Assembly: GCA_965216755.1 (NCBI GenBank)
Contig: CBDCGL010000011.1
Coordinates: forward strand, 3,712,001 to 3,776,000
Origin: Alphaproteobacteria bacterium
GTDB lineage: Bacteria > Pseudomonadota > Alphaproteobacteria > UBA7887
Reading direction: 5' to 3'
Length of the DNA stretch: 64,000 nucleotides
Part shown: one piece after another, positions 1 to 8,478 of the stretch
Layout: every line of letters begins with the position of its first letter
Position numbering within the stretch: position 1 is the first letter of the stretch
Notes under the pieces: model-generated
What the model was told of the DNA's origin: nothing
Database searches by the model: none
The model's input: the letters and a program-made list of their open reading frames with translations, nothing else
Position numbers and translations under genes: made by a program

Positions 1-834
1 GACCGCTTTTTCGAACATCCGGAACTGGTTCTGGTGGTCACCAACATGCGCTATGCCGAAGCGGCGCGGTTGACGCCCCGAAACGAGGGAACGGGCGCGT
101 TGAATTGGCAGGAAGTCGCGCTGAAAGGCGACACCTCACATGCCTTCAACGAGCAGATTAGCGGCCTGCACAAAGTGGTCGCCGATGGTTGGCGCACACG
201 AACCAGCGAGAAAACCGGAAACCCGCTTTATGTATTGCCGTCGGTTCTGGTGATCTATCGCGCCGACCACAGATTTTTGGTCGACCCCATCGTGCCCCGG
301 CCCGGGCAACCAATCGGCGGTTTCGACCTGATATTGGCGTCCCAACCCTTTCAGGCGCGCGCCAGCGCCGAAGCCAAATCGCGCACCGTATTGGCGCCGC
401 TGTCACAAGCGCTGTCGCAGGGTGGCCGGATGGTGGTCATCCAATCGACCGGCCGCGACCCGGGTATGGAGATTGTTCGCAACATCTGGACCGGCGAGGA
501 TCCGTTCCAAACGCCACGCAATGTTTTGGTCGACGCATTGCGCGCCGACCTCGGCGACAATGCGCGCGAGTTCGTTTTCGAGTCGCAGCCGAACCACCTG
601 CACGAGTTTCGTTTTACCTTGCAGACCTTGCCCACCGAAGTCGGCAACAATATCGGCACCTCGACCCTGTTGGCGGCCTGGAACGCCGCGGTTTATGTGG
701 CGCAAATCGACGATTCACGTCTGACCGAGGCCCTGGGGAGCGATAGCTATCTCAAGGCCACCTGGGAGGTGCTGCAGAAATATGGCGGGCTGTGGTTTAT
801 CGACGAGAGCATCGTTGTCGCGCGACGGGCTTAG
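1..834 (+). CDS. Conserved hypothetical protein, SAM-methyltransferase-like fold (5' end outside window)
   Basis: Frame open from base 1. Motifs DLILASQP, PLSQALSQGGRMV and IGTSTLLAAWNAAVYVAQI resemble a conserved alphaproteobacterial hypothetical family. Converges on and overlaps the metF stop. Confidence 0.6.
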   Translation, partial: DRFFEHPELVLVVTNMRYAEAARLTPRNEGTGALNWQEVALKGDTSHAFNEQISGLHKVVADGWRTRTSEKTGNPLYVLPSVLVIYRADHRFLVDPIVPRPGQPIGGFDLILASQPFQARASAEAKSRTVLAPLSQALSQGGRMVVIQSTGRDPGMEIVRNIWTGEDPFQTPRNVLVDALRADLGDNAREFVFESQPNHLHEFRFTLQTLPTEVGNNIGTSTLLAAWNAAVYVAQIDDSRLTEALGSDSYLKATWEVLQKYGGLWFIDESIVVARRA

Positions 835-1808
835 AGCCCAAGCGGCGGCCGGTCCTTATGGACTCCCGACAGCTCAATTGCCTGGGCCGCGGCCGTTTCA
901 CTGCCCGGACCCATGACATGAACGCCGGCAACGCCAGGTACCGCTTGCAGTGCGCTGATCTGTTCAGCGCAGATCCGAATACCCTCTTGCTTTGGGTCGG
1001 CGGCGGCCTCCAGCCGAGCTATGGTGGCGTCGGGCACATGCACGCCCCACAGATTCTTGTTCATCCAGCGCGCCGACTTGGCCGAGGCCAACGCGCCGAC
1101 GCCGATCAGGAATCGGGCCCGCTCCAATATCCCTTCATCGCCCAGGCGCGACAGATAAAGCCGCGCGACCTCGGTTTCGAAACAGAACTGGGTCTGGAAG
1201 AAATCGGCACCGGCGCGGACCTTGGCCCAAATCGGCTCGGGACTCCAATGGGCATCGGGTATGACCGGCGATTCTGCGGCGCCGACAAATAAGGCGGGTG
1301 GTGCCACGATGCGGCGGCCCGAAGGAATTTCTGCTTGGTCGCGCATGCGGCACGCAAGGCGGATCAAATCCCGCGTTTCCAAATCGTAAACCATCTTTGC
1401 TTCGGGCTGATCGCCGACCGCCACATCGTCGCCACGCAGACACAGTATGTTGCGCACGCCGAGCGCGGCGGCGCCAAGCAGATCGGCCTCCAGCGCCAAG
1501 CGATTTCGATCGCGGACGGTGACCTGCAAGACCGGCTCGATACCGGCCTCCAGAAGAAGCACCGCCGCGGCCCAACTGGCCATGTGGGCCCGTGCGCCGG
1601 CGCCATCTGTAACGTTGACCGCGTCAACCCGGCCGCGCAGATTGGCAACACGCGCCACGACACTGCCGCCATCCGCGGTCAGGCCCGGCGTGGTCTCAGC
1701 GGTAACCGCAAATGTGCCTTCGGCAAGACGCTGGCCCAACAGCGACGGCGCGGCGTCGGCCGGGTCTGCGTCGCGTTCTGATTCAACCGGGCGGGGGGCC
1801 TCGGTCAT
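831..1808 (-). CDS. metF: Methylenetetrahydrofolate reductase
   Basis: Motifs VNVTDGAGA, LQVTVRDRNRLAL, LCLRGD, KVRAGADFFQTQFCF, GVHVM. GGAGG RBS before ATG 1808. Confidence 0.85.
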   Translation of the reverse strand: MTEAPRPVESERDADPADAAPSLLGQRLAEGTFAVTAETTPGLTADGGSVVARVANLRGRVDAVNVTDGAGARAHMASWAAAVLLLEAGIEPVLQVTVRDRNRLALEADLLGAAALGVRNILCLRGDDVAVGDQPEAKMVYDLETRDLIRLACRMRDQAEIPSGRRIVAPPALFVGAAESPVIPDAHWSPEPIWAKVRAGADFFQTQFCFETEVARLYLSRLGDEGILERARFLIGVGALASAKSARWMNKNLWGVHVPDATIARLEAAADPKQEGIRICAEQISALQAVPGVAGVHVMGPGSETAAAQAIELSGVHKDRPPLGL

Positions 1809-1946
1809 GGCGCCTCCTCGAAGCTCTGGGTCCTTGGCGCGAAATCCAGAAGCCTGATGTCGCGTCTGTTTTGTGGCCCCCAACCTATGCGGCAGTGCAC
1901 CCAACGGCAAGGCCGAACGGCGCGGTGACTGGGGCGGCGTGCTAAT

Positions 1947-3338
1947 GTGGCGTCCATAATGCGCAGGGCAGATCGGAATTGGCGTCGCCGACTGGTACTG
2001 GCCGTGGTCGCGGCCGGGGTGACGCTGTCTCCTTCGGTTGCCGGGGCGCGTGCCCAGAGTGATGTCTTGCAGGCGCCGATCGGCGGCGGTTCATTTGCTA
2101 CTGCGTTGCCCGGGTTGACCGATCTAAACAGGGCGCAGTTCGCCCGCGGTCGCCGCTTGTTTCGTCTCAACTTTGCCGTCGCACCCGCGTCGCGCGCCCG
2201 TATGGCGGGTCTTGGGCCACTCTACAACCGCGAATCCTGTGCCGGTTGCCATGTCCGAGGCGGTCGCGGTCGCCCGCCGGTTGCGGGCGAGGTACGACTA
2301 AAATCCATGGTTGTGCGCCTGAGCCAACCGGACGCGGGCCAGGCTCGCCGCGGCCACCCAATCTATGGCGCCCAAATCCAGGACAAGGGCATCCTGGGTG
2401 TGCCCCAGGAAGGCAGGATTACGATCCACTATGATGAATTGTCCGGCCGTTTTCCGGATGGCATTGGTTATCGATTACGTATGCCGCGCTATGGGGTGAC
2501 TCATCTCGCCCATGGGCCGCTCGGCGTGCCGACGCGGCTGTCAGGTCGGGTGGCGCCGGCCGTCGCCGGGCTCGGCCTTTTGGAAGCCGTCGATGAGGCG
2601 ATCGTAATCGCCTGGGCGGATCCGGATGATGCCGATGGCGACGGTATTTCGGGGCGCCCAAATTGGGTGCCGGAGCCGGCGACGGGACGCCGAACCCTTG
2701 GCAGGTTCGGCTGGAAGGCGCAAGGGAGCGTGCTGCCGGCGCAAGTCGCGGCTGCTTTCAACCTGGACATGGGGATCACGTCATCACTGTTGCCGCGACA
2801 TATGTGTACCCCGGCGCAAAGCGCGTGCCGCAAAGCGGCGGGCAATGGTCCGCCCGAGCTGAGCGATCGGCAATTGGCGGACGTCCTCGCTTATTTGCGT
2901 CATTTGGCGCCGCCGCCACGCCGCCACCAAACCGTGCCGGCGGTGCGATCGGGCGCGGACTTGTTTCGCCGCGCGGGGTGCGCGGCCTGTCACCGGCCGA
3001 CTCTCCGGGTTGCGGCCGATGTTACCCTTGGCCCGCGTGGCGGACGGTACATCGCGCCCTATACCGATCTACTGTTGCACGATATGGGCGCCGGTCTGGC
3101 GGATGGACAGCAGATGCACCAAGCCGGCGGGCGCGAGTGGCGGACAGCGCCGCTATGGGGGCTTGGCGCGGTGCCGCGGGTCAATGGTCACAGCTATTAC
3201 CTGCACGATGGCCGTGCCCGGTCCGTCCTCGAAGCGATCCTGTGGCACGATGGCGAGGCACGCGGGGCGCGCGACGCCGTCCGTGCGATGACGGCCACCG
3301 AGCGCGATGATTTGTTGTGGTTCCTCGACTCATTGTGA
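1947..3338 (+). CDS. Di-heme oxidoreductase family protein (DHOR, thiol oxidoreductase-like)
   Basis: Signal-like N-terminus, two CxxCH motifs (CAGCH, CAACH), GLGLLEAV, GRFGWKA, PYTDLLLHDMG, WRTAPLWG, YLHDGRAR. Start approximate. Confidence 0.85.
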   Translation: MASIMRRADRNWRRRLVLAVVAAGVTLSPSVAGARAQSDVLQAPIGGGSFATALPGLTDLNRAQFARGRRLFRLNFAVAPASRARMAGLGPLYNRESCAGCHVRGGRGRPPVAGEVRLKSMVVRLSQPDAGQARRGHPIYGAQIQDKGILGVPQEGRITIHYDELSGRFPDGIGYRLRMPRYGVTHLAHGPLGVPTRLSGRVAPAVAGLGLLEAVDEAIVIAWADPDDADGDGISGRPNWVPEPATGRRTLGRFGWKAQGSVLPAQVAAAFNLDMGITSSLLPRHMCTPAQSACRKAAGNGPPELSDRQLADVLAYLRHLAPPPRRHQTVPAVRSGADLFRRAGCAACHRPTLRVAADVTLGPRGGRYIAPYTDLLLHDMGAGLADGQQMHQAGGREWRTAPLWGLGAVPRVNGHSYYLHDGRARSVLEAILWHDGEARGARDAVRAMTATERDDLLWFLDSL

Positions 3339-3509
3339 GGACCACGGGCGGTTTCTTGCCGCTATTGTCATGGCGTTGACGTACGCGCACGAAACCGTGA
3401 TCCCGGCTTGTCGGGTGGGCGGGTCGGCCCTAATTGTCCGTCATTGAAATCGGCGTGTCATCAGCGACCGACAACATGCGAGAGAGATCAACGAAAGGGA
3501 GCCCAAACC

Positions 3510-3950
3510 ATGCACCGCCTGATCTTTGGCGTTCTTGCAGCATGCTTTTTCATAGGCCCGGCCTGGGCCGGTGGACCGGTCAACGAAACCTTTTTTGGGA
3601 CGGCGATCGATGGCTACGATCCGGTTGCCTATCACGTGGATGGACGCCCTGTTGAGGGCAGTTCCGACATTACGCTCGAATGGATGGACGCGAATTGGCG
3701 CTTCGCCAGCGCGGAAAACCGCGATCTGTTCGCTGGGGACCCGCAAAAATATGCCCCCGCCTATGGCGGCTATTGTGCCTATGGCGTGTCGCAGGGCGTG
3801 AAGGTCGACTTCGATCCCGAAGCGTGGCGCATCGTCGATGGCACCCTGTATTTGAACATTACCAAGGACGTGCAAAAGCGCTGGGAGATGGATATCGACA
3901 CCTATATCGCCTTGGCCGACAAGAAATGGCCCGAGCTGAAAGATCAATAG
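3510..3950 (+). CDS. Exported YHS-domain protein
   Basis: Signal peptide, then AIDGYDPVAY, WRFASAENRDLF..DPQKYAPAYGGYCAYG, DPEAWRIVDGTLYL. AAGGGAG RBS. Confidence 0.85.
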   Translation: MHRLIFGVLAACFFIGPAWAGGPVNETFFGTAIDGYDPVAYHVDGRPVEGSSDITLEWMDANWRFASAENRDLFAGDPQKYAPAYGGYCAYGVSQGVKVDFDPEAWRIVDGTLYLNITKDVQKRWEMDIDTYIALADKKWPELKDQ

Positions 3951-4229
3951 AAGAAGTTGATCAATCGCGGCGGCGGTGTGAAATCGGCGTGACACACCGC
4001 CACCGAACGCGTCCCGGGGAAATGTGCGCGCTGGGCCATCGAACTGACCACAAAGGCCGCGTATTGTCCCATTTCTAGGGCTGGCCGGCGCCGATTGCCT
4101 GCATATATCAATGTTTATGCTGCCCTTGGCCCGCGGTCCGATCGATTGCGGCGGAATTGAGCGCGAATAGGCGGCAACGTCGGCTGACGCCGGCGGCATT
4201 GTGGGTTTATTGGGAGGTTGGAACAGGCT

Positions 4230-4760
4230 ATGGACAAGGACTCGCTGGCCTCAATCCGGACCGAAATCATGCAATTGCATGACGCCATGCAAGGCTTCCG
4301 GCGCGAGTTGGCGGCGATCCGTCATCCGGCAACCGACGACGATCGTTTTCGGACCATGGCCGAGCAGCTGGACGCCATAGTGCAGGGCACCGAGGAAGCC
4401 ACCGAGACTATTCTGCAATCGGTTGAAAATATATGCGGCTTGATCGACGAGAAACGCGCCGACTTGGAGCAAATTGCGGAGTCGGAGTGGCTCAATAAGT
4501 TTGACGATCTATCGAACGATATCTTCCAGGCCTGCGCGTTCCAGGATTTGACCGGTCAACGTATTACCAAGGTTGTGAATTCCTTGAAGTTTGTTGATAC
4601 CAAGCTCAACGACTTGGTCGATCTTTGGGGTCGCGCCAGCATGCTGGCGGAACCGGTTCACGAACAAACCGACGATCGCCCGGAAGGCGAGCGGCTAGAG
4701 GGCCCGGCCCTGGCGGGCAAGGGCGTAAGCCAAGACGATATCGACAAGATGTTCGACTGA
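4230..4760 (+). CDS. CheZ-like protein phosphatase (alphaproteobacterial type)
   Basis: LDAIVQGTEEATETIL, ACAFQDLTGQRITKVV (DxxxQ motif), C-terminal GPA..G.SQDDIDKMFD. Confidence 0.8.
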   Translation: MDKDSLASIRTEIMQLHDAMQGFRRELAAIRHPATDDDRFRTMAEQLDAIVQGTEEATETILQSVENICGLIDEKRADLEQIAESEWLNKFDDLSNDIFQACAFQDLTGQRITKVVNSLKFVDTKLNDLVDLWGRASMLAEPVHEQTDDRPEGERLEGPALAGKGVSQDDIDKMFD

Positions 4761-4791
4761 CACGTGGGCCGTGTCGACCGTGTTGTCGCAC

Positions 4792-6699
4792 CTACTCAAT
4801 ACCGCGTTTCGCGCCATCTTCCAGGCAACGCAATGCAATGACGTTGAATGCCGGTACGGGTTGCCGGAATCCTTTTAGTGAAAGCGCGCCGATGGGTTCG
4901 GTTTCCGCGATATCGGAAACCGCCACCTGGACCCGTTGACTGATCAAGATTTGGCCAGCCTTGGCCTCGTCGCACAGTCGCGATGCCAGATTTGTCACCG
5001 GACCAATGGCGGCGTAGTCCACACGACCCTCAAACCCGATCTGACCGAGCGTCGCATAGCCCGCGGCGACACCGACGCCGAAGCCGAGATCGTCGCCCTG
5101 CGCGCGCCATCGCTCGGTGAGGTCGTGAACACGCGTGCGCATGGCGTTGGACAGGCGGACGGCGCGCGCCGGCGGATCGGGGCATGGCAACGGGTCGTTG
5201 AAATAGACCATGACGCCGTCGCCCGCAAACCGCTCCAACGTTGCTTCATACTCGAAAATCAGCGCGCCGATCGCATGGTGATATTCTTTCAGCACCGCCA
5301 TCAGCCGCTCCGGTTCAACCGAATCCGAGAACTTGGTAAAGCCGCGTAAATCGGCAAACACAACGGTGATTTCGCGGCGATGGCTCTCAAGGAACTGGTC
5401 ATCGCCTGTCGAAACGATCAAGTTGGCCAGCTGCGGCGCGATAAAGCGTTTCAGACGACCGATCCGCTCTATCTCAACGACCTGCGCGTCGACGCGTTGT
5501 TCCAGCGTTTGGTTCCATTCGGCGAGCTTGGCGGACGCCGCTTCGAGCTTTGTGTTGGCCTGTTGCAACTCTCGCGTGCGGTCCTCGACAGTCCGTTCAA
5601 GGCCGGCGTAGACACTTTCCAGGCGTGTAGCCATGTCGTTGAAGGCGTTGGCGACAATCTCCAATTCGTCACCGGTCTTCACCGCGATCCGCTGATTCAG
5701 CGCACCGGCGCCAAGTCGCGTCGCCCCGTGCCGCAAAATCTCAAGCGGACGCAGCACTTTGCGCGTGATGAGATGGCTCGCCAAGAGTGCCGGCGCCATG
5801 CCGGCAAGCAGCAACAGAAATGTGCGGAATACCGACCGGAGGAGCGGCGCATAGGCTTCAGCAATGGGCTGCTCGACCAGGACAGCCCAATCGAGATCAG
5901 GTACCGGCGCAAAAGCCGCAAAGATGCGTTCGCCGACCAAGTTCTTTTGAATCGCAGGTTGGATGGTCACGCCCGCCAAGGCGGCTTTGATCTGACCAAG
6001 GTCGGCGAGATTGCGCTTTTGCAAAACCAGACTGAGGTCGGGGTGCGCGATCAAATCGCCTTTGTTGGAGACCACATAGGCATAGCCGTTCCGACCGACC
6101 GATATATCGACAACCACATCGCGAATGTATTTGAGGCTTACTTCCGCGATCAGCACGCCTTCTATTTGCCCGACAAACCATTCAATGGGCACGGCAATGC
6201 GCATATAGGGTTCCGAATCGCGGACGAAATAGACCGGGCCATGGAAATGCGCGCCCTGATTGGCCGTCGCGAAGGCCCCGTCGGCCGCGTGATTAAGACT
6301 GTCTTGCGGGTTGACCAGATCGACCCGTGACACGCGCGCGATCTCGTGCCCGTTTCGGTCGGCGGCGACCACGTTTGTCACCGCCGGGGCAATTTTGAGG
6401 AGTTTGAGCAGCTGAAAGCGAAAGGTGGGCGTAAACCCGTTGGCGACGGCGTCCGCGCTTTGTGCCGTCGCCGCCATCGCCTTTTCGATATCGCTTACAA
6501 ACTGGCGAATTTTGAATGCCGCGGCGCGCGAGGTCTCGGTTTGCAGGGCGGCAATGTTGGCGACATTCTCGCGATAGCTGAAATACAGCTCGACCGCCGC
6601 GCTCACGGCAAGCCCACTGGCGACCAGCAGAAACGCCAAAACAAATGTGCGGCGTAGTAGCCGCCCGCGCGGTTGCGCGTCAGATTGCGCTTGGCGCAT
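4792..6699 (-). CDS. Membrane class III adenylate/guanylate cyclase with periplasmic Cache and HAMP domains
   Basis: Two TM helices flanking a Cache-like region (GYAYVVSNKGDLIAHPD), HAMP (PLEIL..G...DELEIVANAFNDM), cyclase core VFADLRGFT, ERFAGDG, DYAAIGPVTNLASRL. Confidence 0.9.
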   Translation of the reverse strand: MRQAQSDAQPRGRLLRRTFVLAFLLVASGLAVSAAVELYFSYRENVANIAALQTETSRAAAFKIRQFVSDIEKAMAATAQSADAVANGFTPTFRFQLLKLLKIAPAVTNVVAADRNGHEIARVSRVDLVNPQDSLNHAADGAFATANQGAHFHGPVYFVRDSEPYMRIAVPIEWFVGQIEGVLIAEVSLKYIRDVVVDISVGRNGYAYVVSNKGDLIAHPDLSLVLQKRNLADLGQIKAALAGVTIQPAIQKNLVGERIFAAFAPVPDLDWAVLVEQPIAEAYAPLLRSVFRTFLLLLAGMAPALLASHLITRKVLRPLEILRHGATRLGAGALNQRIAVKTGDELEIVANAFNDMATRLESVYAGLERTVEDRTRELQQANTKLEAASAKLAEWNQTLEQRVDAQVVEIERIGRLKRFIAPQLANLIVSTGDDQFLESHRREITVVFADLRGFTKFSDSVEPERLMAVLKEYHHAIGALIFEYEATLERFAGDGVMVYFNDPLPCPDPPARAVRLSNAMRTRVHDLTERWRAQGDDLGFGVGVAAGYATLGQIGFEGRVDYAAIGPVTNLASRLCDEAKAGQILISQRVQVAVSDIAETEPIGALSLKGFRQPVPAFNVIALRCLEDGAKRGIE

Positions 6700-6700
6700 T

Positions 6701-7288
6701 CTATTCGTGCGCCACAATCTCCTCAGCGGCGGCAATGATCGGCGCGCTCGAGACCAACGGGTCTGGCGCCAACACCTCGTCAGGGTTCATTGGGCGCTGT
6801 CCCCAATAGCCGCGAACAATGCCCGCTTTATCGACCAGAAAAAACGACGGCCGCGCAAACAAGCGCTTCGATTTTCCCTCGTAATAGCCGACACCAAATG
6901 CCTGAACGGTGTCGCCATCCGGGTAGTCGCTCAAAAGCGGATAGGGCAACCGCAATGAATCCGCGAACGCCGCCTGGGAATAGGCGTGATCCATCGAAAT
7001 GCCGACAATCTGAATTTCCAGGGCTTCAAACTTTTCAAAATCGTCGCGGCGGGCTTCCAGATTTGCGGTGCAGGTTGGGCCCCAGTCGGTGTGGTAAAAC
7101 TCGATCAACACCAACTTCTTGCCGCGAAAATCGCTGAGCGCGATTTCACCGCCAGTCGTCGCCGGCAGTTTGAGCTCTGGTGCGGGTTCGCCAACCTTGA
7201 TCGGTTCCGCCTGTGCGGCCGTAAGGGCAACAACGACGGCGAAGACGGCGCAACCGACACGTCTGGCCCACTGTTTCCAAATTGGCAT
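6701..7288 (-). CDS. Exported peroxiredoxin-like redoxin (AhpC/TSA family)
   Basis: Signal peptide (AQA), GEPAPELKLP, LSDFRGKK, FYHTDWGPTC, GISMD, YPLLSD, RPSFFLVDKAG. Confidence 0.8.
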   Translation of the reverse strand: MPIWKQWARRVGCAVFAVVVALTAAQAEPIKVGEPAPELKLPATTGGEIALSDFRGKKLVLIEFYHTDWGPTCTANLEARRDDFEKFEALEIQIVGISMDHAYSQAAFADSLRLPYPLLSDYPDGDTVQAFGVGYYEGKSKRLFARPSFFLVDKAGIVRGYWGQRPMNPDEVLAPDPLVSSAPIIAAAEEIVAHE

Positions 7289-7326
7289 GGGTCCGTCCTC
7301 GATCTGATTTCTCAATCATAGCGTTT

Positions 7327-8298
7327 TCAACGCATGATTTCATCCGCTTGGTAAATCACTTCGCGCGGGATCTCGACGCCAATGGTCGCGGCGGCCTTAA
7401 GGTTCAATACAAACGACAAGGCCTGATCGACTTCGACCGGCAGCAACCCGGCATCCGCGCCATGCATGATCTTGTCAACCAAGCGCGCCGCTTGCCGGCC
7501 CGCGGCGGTGCCATCGCCGCCATAGCTGGCGACGCCGCCCTCCTCGACATAGAACGCGGTATCGAACATGGTCGGGATGCCCCGTTGTGTGCCCGCCTCG
7601 AGGACGAATCCCGGAATATTCAAGTCGACATCGCGCGGTGCCACGACGCCATCAATATCGTTGCTGCTGATCTTGGCGATCCGGTCGCGCGCCTCGTCCA
7701 ATGCGGTCAGCGGCATGCCAACAAACACCAGATCCAGCCGCCGCGCCTCTTCCTGATAGCTTGCTGCTTTGTCGACGTGGTAGGGATTGTTCTTGTTGTA
7801 TGGAAATAGAATCCGCTTCAATCCCGGAACCATTTCGGCGAACAGCTGCAAGCGTTTGCCGCCCACCACATTGTTCAGATCCGCGACGCCCGTGGTGTTG
7901 CGCCCGGGCCGGGCGTAGGAATCGACTACGCCTTGGCCGACCGGATCACCGACGCCTTCAAAAACGATTGGATGGGTCGACGTTGCCTGCTGCGCGGCCT
8001 TGGTCTCGGGTTCACCGATGGTGAACAGCATGTCGACGCCACGATCGACCATTTGACGGGCCGCCGCGGGCAATTCAGCTATGTCGCCCTGGGTAAAACG
8101 CACCCCCACGACGAAGTCTTCGTTTTCCTTGTAGCCCAGGCGTTCCAAGCCCTCAATCAGCCCCACGACTGCCGGCGTCGCGCCCCACGACGCGGTAAGG
8201 ACGCCGATGCGATACGGCGTTCCGCTGGTTTGGGCGCCGACCTGCGCCGGCGCCGGCAACAGCAAAGCGATCAACAAGATGGGCCAATGCCGACGCAT
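7327..8298 (-). CDS. ABC-type substrate-binding protein (ABC_sub_bind-like), no permease or ATPase adjacent
   Basis: Signal peptide, YRIGVL, ATSTHPIVF..VGDPVGQGVVDSYARPGRNTTG, GGVASYG, AARLVDKIMHG...LPVE, LNLKAA..IGVEIP. Confidence 0.85.
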   Translation of the reverse strand: MRRHWPILLIALLLPAPAQVGAQTSGTPYRIGVLTASWGATPAVVGLIEGLERLGYKENEDFVVGVRFTQGDIAELPAAARQMVDRGVDMLFTIGEPETKAAQQATSTHPIVFEGVGDPVGQGVVDSYARPGRNTTGVADLNNVVGGKRLQLFAEMVPGLKRILFPYNKNNPYHVDKAASYQEEARRLDLVFVGMPLTALDEARDRIAKISSNDIDGVVAPRDVDLNIPGFVLEAGTQRGIPTMFDTAFYVEEGGVASYGGDGTAAGRQAARLVDKIMHGADAGLLPVEVDQALSFVLNLKAAATIGVEIPREVIYQADEIMR

Positions 8299-8299
8299 T

Positions 8300-8478
8300 G
8301 TTCCGGCTACCAGCCGCGCTGCGCGGCGGCGACGTAGGCCTGGTAGTCTTCTTCCAAGATGAATCGATCGGCGAGCAGGGCCGCGGCCGCACCTTCCACG
8401 CGCCGCACATAGTCTTCGCGGCCGGGGTAGCGCCGCGCCAGCTCCTCCGGCGAGAACGGTTCGAACGTGCCGCCGATC
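8300..8478. repeat. Near-identical direct repeat, copy A (3' end of hydrolase paralog 1)
   Basis: Matches ~9729-9911 with few substitutions, e.g. gcgctgcgcggcggcgacgtaggcctggtagtcttcttccaagatgaatcgatcggcgagcagggccgcggc is identical. Confidence 0.9.

Noticed and set aside
1809-1946. Possible SAM/THF riboswitch upstream of metF
   Set aside because: Only a weak hairpin. I could not match SAM-II, SAM-SAH or THF-II consensus elements by eye; an Rfam search would settle it.
3760-3790. Selenocysteine recoding in the YHS protein (also checked for the redoxin)
   Set aside because: The relevant codons are TGT and TGC. There is no in-frame TGA.
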